DNA from: an uncultured Pseudomonadota bacterium
Lineage (GTDB): Bacteria; Pseudomonadota; Gammaproteobacteria; Coxiellales; Coxiellaceae
DNA length: 24,000 nt
Assembly: GCA_963716455.1 (NCBI GenBank)
Contig: CAVQTK010000011.1
Coordinates: 81,795-105,794, forward strand
Direction: 5' to 3'
In this document: piece by piece, positions 1 through 10,000 of the stretch
Numbering within the stretch: position 1 is the first letter of the stretch
Layout of the letters: each line of letters starts with the position of its first letter
Notes under the pieces: generated by a model
The model's database searches: none
What the model was told of the DNA's origin: nothing
The model's input: the letters and a program-made list of their open reading frames with translations, nothing else
Made by a program: the position numbers and the translations under genes

Positions 1-405
1 TATATGATTTTCCAGTAGATAAAGCTAAAGGGGAATTTATTTTGGAAAGCCCATTTAAAAGCATGGGGCAGTATTCAGGTTATATAAATGGAATAAAAAA
101 TATTACTGGTAATCCTCACGATCCGGCAGGTGAAGTTTTTGCCTTTTTGAGTGATGATTATATGAATTACCTTTATGCCACACTATTGATGGGGGTAATT
201 TACGCAACTACCGCACTAAAGACTTCACGCCTGGGAGAAAATTTTACCCTCACGGCCTTATGTGAGAAAATAAAATTTAGATTTACATTTGATAGATTAA
301 AGAGAAGAAAAAGATATTCAGTTAGTTGAGTTGACTGGAGAAGAGGGTGTCGTGCTCGAGTTTGAGAGCTTGGAGCCTGAGGGTGATCGACCCTTCACTT
401 CTTAA
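1..405 (+). pseudogene. Lineage-specific membrane protein, paralog of 650..1402; 5' end is off-window and the 3' part is frameshifted
   Basis: Frame 3 is open from base 3 (YDFPVDKAKGEFILESPFKSMGQYSGYINGIKNITGNPHDPAGEVF...). It aligns with NYSGYRDGMHNITGNPHDPADQIF... of the downstream paralog. Frame 3 stops at 327-329. Frame 1 from 313 to the TAA at 403-405 (DIQLVELTGEEGVVLEFESLEPEGDRPFTS) aligns with the paralog's acidic tail (RVQLEES...GEEIELTLEFEPV). This implies one extra base in the A5 run at 308-312. Confidence 0.5.
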
Positions 406-425
406 TTTTTCAGTATTTAAGATAA

Positions 426-564
426 TAGACTTCTTTCGAAACTCTACTGCTGATGCAAATTGCTGCGTTGCTCAAATCCTCACATTACTTGCGTGTATGC
501 TCCGGTTTTGCGCTCCGATGCGCCTTGTACTTTGCTACCAGCAGCGAGTTTTGAAAGAAGTCTA
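426..564. mobile_element. MITE-like palindromic element, family B, copy 1 (139 bp)
   Basis: It begins TAGACTTCTTTCGAAACTC and ends GAGTTTTGAAAGAAGTCTA, giving ~34-bp imperfect terminal inverted repeats. A second copy lies at 20514-20661. It has no credible ORF, and TA is present at both extremities. Confidence 0.75.
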
Positions 565-649
565 ATGAAAGATTTTCTTCCAGCGTGAAAAAATGGGCAT
601 TTGCTTTTCTATATGATAAATTAAATTTTTTATAATATAAGGAAAATAT

Positions 650-1402
650 ATGAAATATCTAAAAATTAAAAACATTTTTTGTTATGGAATGGGTGGCTTG
701 AGCTATATTCTAAGTAATATATTAAGCATTGGCGCACGGTTTCAGTCTAACACGCAGATATATTATAATGCTTATACACAAGGCTTTAATCAGGCTCTTA
801 TAGATGTTAAAGATGTTAACCATGGCAATGCAACATTGTCCTATGGTGAGTATAATCATTATTTATTTTCAATGAGTTTACCGCTTCAAGCTTTAATTGG
901 AGCAAATCTGGGTTTATTTGCAGTGATTTGTGGTGGCAAAATGGTGGGTTCTCCGGGAGGAGGAGGGCTTAAAAAGGCCGGAGGATTAGTATTAGCTTTA
1001 AGTGGTTATGCCTTTTTCTTACTTTGCCAATTTTCAAGATCAATCGATGATTTTGCTCTTTCTAACTCAGGAAACTATTCGGGATATAGAGACGGGATGC
1101 ATAATATTACGGGAAATCCTCATGATCCTGCAGATCAAATTTTTGCATCAATCGCATATCTTGATAAAGGGAATTACACTTTCGCACTGCTTGGGGTTGT
1201 TTTTGTCGCAGCTGCAATTAAATCTTCAGCTTGTGGAGAAGGAGAAGAGGCTAAAAATGATAGACTCTATTTTTTATTAGGATCAAAAAGAAATAGGGTT
1301 CAACTTGAGGAATCACCAAAAGAAGTTAAGGGTGATGACCAAGGAGAGGAAATTGAGCTTACTTTAGAGTTTGAACCTGTAACTAGCACATTTGGAGCTT
1401 AA
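650..1402 (+). CDS. Lineage-specific multi-pass membrane protein with a Gly-rich loop and an acidic C-terminal tail
   Basis: 250-aa ORF with an ATG preceded by AAGGAAAA. It has hydrophobic segments (LPLQALIGANLGLFAVICGG, GGLVLALSGYAFFLLCQF, FALLGVVFVAAAI) and the motif NITGNPHDP shared with the upstream paralog. I recognise no family. Confidence 0.7.
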   Translation: MKYLKIKNIFCYGMGGLSYILSNILSIGARFQSNTQIYYNAYTQGFNQALIDVKDVNHGNATLSYGEYNHYLFSMSLPLQALIGANLGLFAVICGGKMVGSPGGGGLKKAGGLVLALSGYAFFLLCQFSRSIDDFALSNSGNYSGYRDGMHNITGNPHDPADQIFASIAYLDKGNYTFALLGVVFVAAAIKSSACGEGEEAKNDRLYFLLGSKRNRVQLEESPKEVKGDDQGEEIELTLEFEPVTSTFGA

Positions 1403-1404
1403 TC

Positions 1405-1821
1405 ATGGCTGATGTTTCTTGTCCACCAAACTTTCCTTGGCTGTCTACATGCATGACGGTGAAAGATGTTAAAGTGGCTGCCGACTTTTATAAAAAAGCC
1501 TTTCAATTTGTAATTACGGATCTCGTAATGGGTGAGGATGGCGCTTACTGGCACGGTGAGTTAAGATACAAAGACGGGGTGGTAATGATTGGCAAAGAAG
1601 GAGCTTGGGGTAACACAAATAAAACTCCGGCTAATTCAAAAACACAATCGCCAATTAATCACTATGTTTATTGCGAAGATGTTGATAAGTTTTATCAATC
1701 GGCAATAGAAGCGGGTGCTAAAGCAGTTTCTGTCCCCAAAAAGGCGTCTTGGGGGGATCGGATGTGCAGGCTTGAAGACTTGGATGGATATGTTTGGTGT
1801 TTTGCTACCTTTTGTGAGTAA
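1405..1821 (+). CDS. VOC (glyoxalase/bleomycin-resistance, PhnB-like) family protein
   Basis: 138 aa. The pattern PWLS..MTVKDVKVAADFYKKAF ... YVYCEDVDKFYQSAIEAGAKAV ... WGDRMCRLEDLDGYVWCFA is typical of PhnB/VOC proteins. The start follows the upstream stop by 2 nt. Confidence 0.75.
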   Translation: MADVSCPPNFPWLSTCMTVKDVKVAADFYKKAFQFVITDLVMGEDGAYWHGELRYKDGVVMIGKEGAWGNTNKTPANSKTQSPINHYVYCEDVDKFYQSAIEAGAKAVSVPKKASWGDRMCRLEDLDGYVWCFATFCE

Positions 1822-1840
1822 TAGCTCACTTCACTACAAG
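1818..1840. repeat. Remnant of a MITE family A terminus between convergent genes
   Basis: GTAATAGCTCAC (1818-1829) is a 12/12 match to the reverse complement of the right terminus of copy 2 (22448-22459). The following CTACAAG recalls the CCTACAAG of the left terminus. The TAA stop of the VOC gene (1819-1821) lies inside it. Confidence 0.45.
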
Positions 1841-2784
1841 AATTTATGTTCCCTCAACCAACGATCATCAACGAATTTACTGAGATAATTGCGTATTGAG
1901 TCCGGTAAAATAACTAAACAACGTTGTCCTTTTTTTAGTGACTTGGCCGCTTGTAAGGCGGCCCAGACCGCACTGCCTGATGAGCCCCCAACTAATAATC
2001 CTTCTTCTTTGATTAAACGGCGCGCCATTAAAAATGAGTCTCGATCATTTATTTTAACATATTCATCAACTAGTTTGTTGTCCAACACATCGGGTATAAA
2101 ATCATAGCCAATCCCTTCAACTAAATAGGATTTAACTTCGGTTCCTCCGCCCAAAATAGAACCAATGGGATCCACCCCTATAATTTTTATGTTCGGATTA
2201 ACTTCTTTCAAACGCTTGGCAACCCCAGTTAAAGTCCCTCCCGTGCCTACCGTCATTACTATCATTTCTAAATTTGATCCCATATCATTTAGTATTTCTT
2301 CGGCAGTGCCTGCATAATGGGCTTTGGGGTTATTCGGGTTTGCGTATTGATCTAAGATGTGTGCATTAGGCAGTTCTTGCTGTAATTTTTTGGCAAGAGA
2401 AATATGACTATCGGGATCATTCCATGCTGCAGCAGTGGGTGTACGGTAAATTTTAGCACCCAAGGCTTCCAGAACCACTTGTTTTTCGCGACTCATTTTT
2501 TCAGGCATAGTGATAATTACAGAATATCCTTTAACAGCGCCTGCTAAAGCAATGCCAATGCCCGTGTTGCCTGAAGTAGGTTCAATAAGAGTATCACCCG
2601 GTTTAATGACCCCATCTTTTTCAGCTTGTTCAACCATATAGTAGCCAATACGATCTTTTACCGAGCCTCCGGGATTAAGAAATTCACATTTAGCATACAG
2701 TTGGCAAGGTAAATCCGCACCAATTCTTTGCAATTTAACGATAGGAGTTTTGCCAATTACTTGTAGAATATTTTCAACCAGCAT
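1834..2784 (-). CDS. PLP-dependent cysteine synthase / cystathionine beta-synthase-like enzyme (catalytic core only)
   Basis: 316 aa. [14 protein letters not shown] contains the PLP lysine motif. [34 protein letters not shown] closely resembles the CBS/CysK family. No C-terminal CBS-domain pair is present. Confidence 0.85.
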   Translation of the reverse strand: MLVENILQVIGKTPIVKLQRIGADLPCQLYAKCEFLNPGGSVKDRIGYYMVEQAEKDGVIKPGDTLIEPTSGNTGIGIALAGAVKGYSVIITMPEKMSREKQVVLEALGAKIYRTPTAAAWNDPDSHISLAKKLQQELPNAHILDQYANPNNPKAHYAGTAEEILNDMGSNLEMIVMTVGTGGTLTGVAKRLKEVNPNIKIIGVDPIGSILGGGTEVKSYLVEGIGYDFIPDVLDNKLVDEYVKINDRDSFLMARRLIKEEGLLVGGSSGSAVWAALQAAKSLKKGQRCLVILPDSIRNYLSKFVDDRWLREHKFL

Positions 2785-2999
2785 TTGAATTTCCTAAAAA
2801 TGAAGAATGAATCCTAGTAAATCATTTGGTTTGGGTTGTTGTCAAATATCCCGGTATGGAAGATTACCTTATTTATAGTAGGATAGAGGCAGAATTTCCC
2901 AATCAAGGGAAATCGTCTTGGGGCGTTGGGCAATTGCTCGGTCCCTAGCGTAGGAATGGAATGGAGCAGTAAACGAGCAATTTATATGAGGAAAAACTT

Positions 3000-3248
3000 A
3001 TGATTCAAGCAAAAGATATCAATCAGTGGGTGCAGCAAATTATAGGAGCTTTACCACCTGCATTACAGCAGCTACCACACCACATGCAAGAGCAGTTACG
3101 CGATGTTCTATTTAGTAGCTTTAACAAACTAGACTTGGTTACGCGGGAAGAGTTTGATGCTCAAGCAGGAGTTTTATTAAAAACTCGGCTTAAATTAGAG
3201 CAATTAGAACAAAGGCTTAAAACCTTAGAAGCTACTAACAACGGATGA
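3000..3248 (+). CDS. ubiK: Ubiquinone biosynthesis accessory factor UbiK (YqiC/BMFP family)
   Basis: 82 aa. LDLVTREEFDAQAGVLLKTRLKLEQLEQRLKTLE matches the conserved YqiC coiled-coil region. It overlaps yifB by 4 bp (ATGA). Confidence 0.7.
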   Translation: MIQAKDINQWVQQIIGALPPALQQLPHHMQEQLRDVLFSSFNKLDLVTREEFDAQAGVLLKTRLKLEQLEQRLKTLEATNNG

Positions 3249-4792
3249 ATTTAGCAGTTGTTTACAGCCGAGCCAGCGTGGGCATTCAAGCTCCAATAGT
3301 AACTATTGAAGTGCATTTATCAAAAGGTCTCCCTGGATTAAGTATTGTTGGTTTACCTGAAACAGCAGTTAAAGAAAGTCGCCATAGAGTACGTAGCGCC
3401 ATGTTGAATAGTGGTTTTGAATTTCCTGTGCGGCGGATTACAGTAAATTTAGCTCCCGCTGATTTGCCTAAAGAGGGGGGTAGGTTTGATTTACCCATTG
3501 CTTTGGGAATTTTAGCTGCATCAGGTCAAGTTCCTTCTGACGTTTTATCGAATTATGAATTTGTTGGAGAATTAGCCTTATGTGGAGAGTTGCGATCCTG
3601 CCATGGGCTTTTACCATTTGCTATAGCAACTCGACAGGCAAATCGAGGGTTGATAGTACCTTTAGCTAATGCCCAAGAAGCCTCATTGGCAGGAGATTTA
3701 TCTGTTTATGCCGCCAACCATCTTTTAGAAGTGTGTGCCCATTTAACCCAAACCCAATTATTACCCAATCTGTCCTCTCCACCTGATACAGAAATTTCTA
3801 CTCTTAGCTATCTTGATATAGAGCAGATTCAAGGGCAAATGCATGGTCGTCGAGCATTAGAAATTGCAGCTTCAGGTGGCCATAGTTTGTTAATGATGGG
3901 CCCACCCGGCGCAGGAAAAACTATGTTGGCTTCACGATTGCCTAGTATTCTGCCACCATTAACGGAGGCAGAAGCTTTGGAAGTTGCAGCAGTTTATTCA
4001 ATGAGTCGCTTAGGTTTCGATATTCAAAATTGGCGGATAAGACCGTTTAGAGCTCCGCATCATACTATCTCAAGCGTAGCTTTAGTGGGAGGAAGTAGCC
4101 CACCTCAGCCAGGTGAAGTTTCCTTAGCTCATCACGGTGTATTGTTTTTAGATGAGCTACCTGAATTTAATCGCAGTGTGTTAGAAGCTTTGCGTGAGCC
4201 ATTAGAAGCTGGATTAGTTAATGTGTCGCGAGCTTCTTATCAAACTGAATTTCCAGCAGGGTTTCAATTAATAGCAGCTATGAATCCTTGTCCCTGTGGG
4301 TACCAAGGAAGTACCAAAGATCTTTGCCGCTGTACGGCTGAGCAAATCCAACGCTATCAGCATCGCATTTCCGGTCCTTTGCTTGATCGAATTGATATGC
4401 ATTTAATGATTCCAGCTTTATCTCCTAGTTTCTTAATTAATTCTGGCAGTTCAGTATGTTTTCCTACAGAAACCAGCGCTCAAGTTCGTGAGCGAGTTAG
4501 TAAGGTGCGACAGTGTCAGCTATTACGACAAGGTAAAATTAATGCCGCTCTGCGCGGTAAAGAATTGACGGAATATTGTAGTTTGGAGGTGGCTAGTCAA
4601 AATTTTTTATTGCAGGCTATTGAGCGCAGTGGGTTATCCGCCCGAGCTTATCACCGGGTATTAAAACTAGCGCGTACTATAGCTGATATGGGGGAAAGTG
4701 AGGTAATTGACTTGATGCATGTACAGGAGGCGGTGAGTTATCGGCGATCGAGCATTTGTAACGGCTCAGTTGGGATACCTGTCTACAGCTGA
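3245..4792 (+). CDS. yifB: YifB/ComM family Mg-chelatase-like AAA+ ATPase
   Basis: 515 aa. It has the N-terminal Lon-like domain (VNLAPADLPKEGGRFDLPIALGILAA), Walker A GPPGAGKT and Walker B VLFLDELPEF. The last ~10 codons (GSVGIPVYS*) are encoded by the MITE-A remnant. Confidence 0.9.
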   Translation: MNLAVVYSRASVGIQAPIVTIEVHLSKGLPGLSIVGLPETAVKESRHRVRSAMLNSGFEFPVRRITVNLAPADLPKEGGRFDLPIALGILAASGQVPSDVLSNYEFVGELALCGELRSCHGLLPFAIATRQANRGLIVPLANAQEASLAGDLSVYAANHLLEVCAHLTQTQLLPNLSSPPDTEISTLSYLDIEQIQGQMHGRRALEIAASGGHSLLMMGPPGAGKTMLASRLPSILPPLTEAEALEVAAVYSMSRLGFDIQNWRIRPFRAPHHTISSVALVGGSSPPQPGEVSLAHHGVLFLDELPEFNRSVLEALREPLEAGLVNVSRASYQTEFPAGFQLIAAMNPCPCGYQGSTKDLCRCTAEQIQRYQHRISGPLLDRIDMHLMIPALSPSFLINSGSSVCFPTETSAQVRERVSKVRQCQLLRQGKINAALRGKELTEYCSLEVASQNFLLQAIERSGLSARAYHRVLKLARTIADMGESEVIDLMHVQEAVSYRRSSICNGSVGIPVYS

Positions 4793-4806
4793 ACGCGATT
4801 AATTAC
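4758..4806. repeat. Collapsed copy of MITE family A (left terminus plus a few bases resembling the right terminus)
   Basis: GTAACGGCTCAGTTGGGATACCTGTCTACAGCTGAACG aligns with the copy 1 left end GTAATAGCTCAGTTGGGGGGTACCTGCCTACAAGTGAACG. The following GATTAATTAC resembles the right end GAGTTATTAC. No flanking direct repeat was found. Confidence 0.5.
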
Positions 4807-5785
4807 CGCGTGTGAACGCCTGTTCCACTAAAATAGAAACTAATTTAGCAAAAGAAATTCCTATAGCTTTAGCTTCATCAGGATATAAACTGGTAGGAGT
4901 CATTCCAGGAATCGTATTTACCTCTAACAAAATAGGTTCCCCTTCTTGAGGCACTATAAAATCAGCTCGTGACAGATCGCGACAACCTAATGCTTGGTGA
5001 GCTAAAACGGTAATTTCTTGTACCCGCTGATATTGATAAACAGGTAAAGGAGCGGGAATAATATGCTCACTAAGACCTGGTTGGTAACGATGCTCATAGT
5101 CGTACCAAGTATTGGCTGGGGTACGGATTTCAATTACAGGTAAAACTTCGATAGAATTATTACGTTCTAAAATTCCAGCAGTAATTTCTGTTCCTACAAT
5201 TCTTTCTTCTATTAGAACCGATGATCCATAAGAGAAGGCTTTTTCTATGCCTTGTTGAACAGAAGTCAAATCATGTGCGAAAGAGACGCCAATAGAAGAA
5301 CCCTCGCAAGCTGGTTTAATTACAACCTGATTACCTAATTCAGATAGTGCTCGTTGTGCAGCTTGTAATAAATCGTCGCTATAAATAACAATGATACTGT
5401 TAGCTGTGGGTAAATGATGCAGTTGAAAAACTTGTTTGGCGAGAATTTTGTTGATGGCAATAGCATTAGCTTGCACGCCGCTGCCTACATAAGGATAACC
5501 TGCGATAGTTAAAAATCCCTGTATATGACCATCTTCGCCTAATTTTCCATGGAGTGCTGGAAAGACAACGTCAGGTTGCAAAAGTAGTAGCTTGCTATCT
5601 AAATCCTTATCCAGTTCAATATAATGAATATCGTGATAAGTCTCTCGCAAGGCTTCAATAACGCCATTAGCCGTTACCCGCGATACGACAGCCTCGGCGG
5701 AAGGTCCACCGCCAATCACTGCAATGCAAAGGTCTTGATGTATATGCATGTGTTTAATCGTAGCACGAGTTATATTTTTCGACAA
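4799..5785 (-). CDS. ddl: D-alanine--D-alanine ligase
   Basis: ATP-grasp Ddl pattern: IAVIGGGPSAE, FPALHGKLGEDGHIQG, VVIKPACEGSSIGV, LLEVNTIPGMT. The ORF opens with TTG at 5785. The ATG at 5749 (MHIHQDLCIAVIGGG) is the more likely start. Confidence 0.9.
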   Translation of the reverse strand: MSKNITRATIKHMHIHQDLCIAVIGGGPSAEAVVSRVTANGVIEALRETYHDIHYIELDKDLDSKLLLLQPDVVFPALHGKLGEDGHIQGFLTIAGYPYVGSGVQANAIAINKILAKQVFQLHHLPTANSIIVIYSDDLLQAAQRALSELGNQVVIKPACEGSSIGVSFAHDLTSVQQGIEKAFSYGSSVLIEERIVGTEITAGILERNNSIEVLPVIEIRTPANTWYDYEHRYQPGLSEHIIPAPLPVYQYQRVQEITVLAHQALGCRDLSRADFIVPQEGEPILLEVNTIPGMTPTSLYPDEAKAIGISFAKLVSILVEQAFTRGN

Positions 5786-5817
5786 ATATTAATAGATCTC
5801 TTTGTAGAAGAAGTTTA

Positions 5818-7634
<1,817 letters not shown>

Positions 7635-7901
7635 TTGCAGTTCCTGCTAAAAACGGCAAGAACTGCTTTTCAGCTCGAAGCTCGATTTGATTATGGGATA
7701 ATTTGTTCCCAATCAATAATTGAGCTATAATTGGCCTGCATCGTTGTAAATATTAATGGGATTTATTTTATAGCAAATTAACTTGAGATAGAATGAAAAT
7801 CCATTGTTTATATGGATTGCTCCAAATTCATCAATATCGAAAAGCTTTGATTCTTTTCCCCAAAATGATGTTTTCGTGAACTTAGGGCAGTTCTGTTTAA
7901 T

Positions 7902-7934
7902 AAAAATCCCCGCAGCGAGCAGCGGGGGATTTTT
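7902..7934. terminator. Bidirectional intrinsic-terminator-like hairpin / small REP-type palindrome
   Basis: AAAAATCCCCGC-AGCGAGCA-GCGGGGGATTTTT has an A-run before it and a T-run after it. Its left arm, AAAAATCCCCGCAGC, recurs exactly (reverse complement) at 18340-18354. Confidence 0.5.
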
Positions 7935-8077
7935 ATTTTTCTTGTATAATTTCGCCTGCGCAAACAAGTTCGCGCGGACGGTGACCAAAGGGAAGCATTC
8001 GCATGCTCCCCTTTGGAAACCCCATAGACTAGAGTTCCGCGGCAAGCCGCGGTGAGTAAATTTAATAGATCAAAATC

Positions 8078-9958
8078 ATGTTGTCTACTTCTTCGTTTGA
8101 TATCATCGTAATCGGCGGCGGTCATGCTGGTACGGAGGCTGCACTGGCATCTGCCCGCATGGGAGTCAAAACTTTACTGCTTACACATAATATTGAAACA
8201 CTAGGGCAAATGTCTTGCAATCCAGCAATAGGAGGCATTGGCAAGAGTCATTTAGTGAAAGAAATTGATGCCTTAGGTGGGATCATGGCCCAAGCCACGG
8301 ATTGTTCCGGTATTCATTTCAAGGTTCTTAATAGCAGTAAGGGTCCAGCAGTACGTGCTACTCGTGCGCAGACTGATCGAGTGTTGTATAAAGCAGCCAT
8401 TCGTCAAGCTATAGAAAATCAGCAAGATTTATTCGTATTTCAACAGGCTGTAGATGATCTGATATTAGATCGTGACCGTGTAGTGGGAGTGGTCACGCAA
8501 ATGGGTTTGCGTTTTCTAGCAAAAGCGGTGATTTTAACTACAGGAACTTTTTTAGGCGGTAAAATTCATATTGGTTTGAGCCATTATGCTGGCGGTCGTG
8601 CTGGCGATCCGCCGGCTTTGACATTGGCGGCTCGTTTAAGAGAATTACCTTTACGAGTAGCGAGGTTAAAAACCGGAACCCCCCCACGAATTGATGGACG
8701 TAGCATTGATTTCAGCCGGTTACTAAAGCAAGCAGGTGATGTTCCTTGTCCAGTTATGTCATATCGGGGTAGTGTCGATCAACATCCCGGTCAAATACCT
8801 TGCTATATTACGCATACGAATGCCACCACACATGCAATTATTGCAGAAGGAATGAATGAATCTCCTTTATATACCGGAAAAATTGAAGGTATTGGCCCTC
8901 GCTACTGTCCTTCAATAGAAGATAAAATTAAACGTTTTGCATCTCGAAGTAGTCATCAAATATTTTTAGAGCCTGAAGGGTTGGGAACTCATGAGGTCTA
9001 TCCAAACGGTATTTCAACGAGTCTGTCTTTTGCAACTCAGCAAGCTTTTGTGCGTAGCATTGTTGGCTTAGAAAATGCCCATATTACTCGACCTGGGTAT
9101 GCCATTGAATACGATTTTTTTGATCCCCGTGATCTTAAGCTTACTTTGGAAAATCAATATATTCAGGGGTTATATTTTGCCGGACAAATTAATGGCACTA
9201 CCGGCTACGAAGAAGCGGCGGCGCAAGGTTTAGTTGCGGGAATTAATGCTGCTTTACAGGTACAAGAACGTTCTCCATGGATATTAAAACGTGACCAAGC
9301 TTATATTGGGGTATTAATTGATGATTTAGTTACTTGCGGCACTACTGAGCCCTATCGCATGTTCACCAGCCGCGCTGAATATCGACTATTACTCCGACAA
9401 GATAATGCCGACTTACGGTTAACTGAAATAGGTCATCAGTTAGGTTGTGTATCGGATTCACAGTGGCGAGTATTTGGTGAAAAACGCGATGCAATTGCTG
9501 TTGAAACTCAACGTTTGCGTCAGCAATGGGTCCGACCTGGATCGGTTGCTGCACAACAGTATGCAAAAGTTTTTACCCAAAGTTTAGAACGAGAATATAG
9601 CGGCTGGGATTTATTACGTCGTCCTGAGGTGGATTATAATCGGTTAATGACTATACAGGATCTAGGCCCTGGGGTTACTAATTTAGCTGTAGTGGAACAA
9701 ATTGATATTCAAGCCCGATATGATGGATATTTGACCCGTCAAGAAAATGATGTGGCTCGTCAACAACAATATGAATCCACACAAATTCCAACAACGTTGG
9801 GTTATGATCTTATTAGTGGATTGTCAACAGAATTAAAGCAAAAATTAATAACAATTCAACCTATGACTGTGGCTCAGGCTAAGCGAATTCCTGGAATGAC
9901 TCCCGCTGCTATTTCTTTGTTATTAATTCATATTAAAAAGCACAATTTAAATATTTAG
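8078..9958 (+). CDS. mnmG: tRNA uridine-5-carboxymethylaminomethyl modification enzyme MnmG (GidA)
   Basis: 626 aa. It has the FAD motif [15 protein letters not shown] plus SCNPAIGG and [11 protein letters not shown], and is colinear with GidA over its full length. Confidence 0.95.
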   Translation: MLSTSSFDIIVIGGGHAGTEAALASARMGVKTLLLTHNIETLGQMSCNPAIGGIGKSHLVKEIDALGGIMAQATDCSGIHFKVLNSSKGPAVRATRAQTDRVLYKAAIRQAIENQQDLFVFQQAVDDLILDRDRVVGVVTQMGLRFLAKAVILTTGTFLGGKIHIGLSHYAGGRAGDPPALTLAARLRELPLRVARLKTGTPPRIDGRSIDFSRLLKQAGDVPCPVMSYRGSVDQHPGQIPCYITHTNATTHAIIAEGMNESPLYTGKIEGIGPRYCPSIEDKIKRFASRSSHQIFLEPEGLGTHEVYPNGISTSLSFATQQAFVRSIVGLENAHITRPGYAIEYDFFDPRDLKLTLENQYIQGLYFAGQINGTTGYEEAAAQGLVAGINAALQVQERSPWILKRDQAYIGVLIDDLVTCGTTEPYRMFTSRAEYRLLLRQDNADLRLTEIGHQLGCVSDSQWRVFGEKRDAIAVETQRLRQQWVRPGSVAAQQYAKVFTQSLEREYSGWDLLRRPEVDYNRLMTIQDLGPGVTNLAVVEQIDIQARYDGYLTRQENDVARQQQYESTQIPTTLGYDLISGLSTELKQKLITIQPMTVAQAKRIPGMTPAAISLLLIHIKKHNLNI

Positions 9959-10000
9959 TAACTGTTCCCTTCTACCTCATGAACAGTTACCCTATTTGAA

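Noticed and set aside
347-565. ORFs 347..565 (+) and 20492..20806 (-) share a peptide (RFCAPMRL), which looks like a conserved small protein.
   Set aside because: The shared peptide is simply the translation of the repeated MITE B DNA. There is no ribosome-binding site, the ORFs run through hairpin arms, and they are on opposite strands relative to the flanking context.
1002-1280. Numerous short ORFs are nested in or antisense to well-supported genes. Examples are 1002..1280, 1889..2107, 3286..3498, 5624..5818, 6848..7033, 7169..7411, 9363..9566, 10975..11175, 13686..13907, 16167..16427, 17120..17323, 19169..19387, 19602..19889 and 22563..22781.
   Set aside because: Each is fully contained in a longer ORF with clear homology. 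None has independent support.
7635-8077. The chromosomal origin (oriC) could lie next to mnmG/gidA, as in E. coli.
   Set aside because: I found no TTATCCACA/TGTGGATAA-like DnaA boxes (two or fewer mismatches), no AT-rich 13-mer array and no GATC clustering in the spacer.
7725-8125. Three mutually overlapping ORFs (7725..8045 -, 7804..8055 +, 7808..8125 -) lie in the ubiB-mnmG spacer.
   Set aside because: They are open only because the local GC-rich palindromic DNA lacks stop codons. They overlap each other and the mnmG start, and they have no ribosome-binding sites or recognisable motifs.
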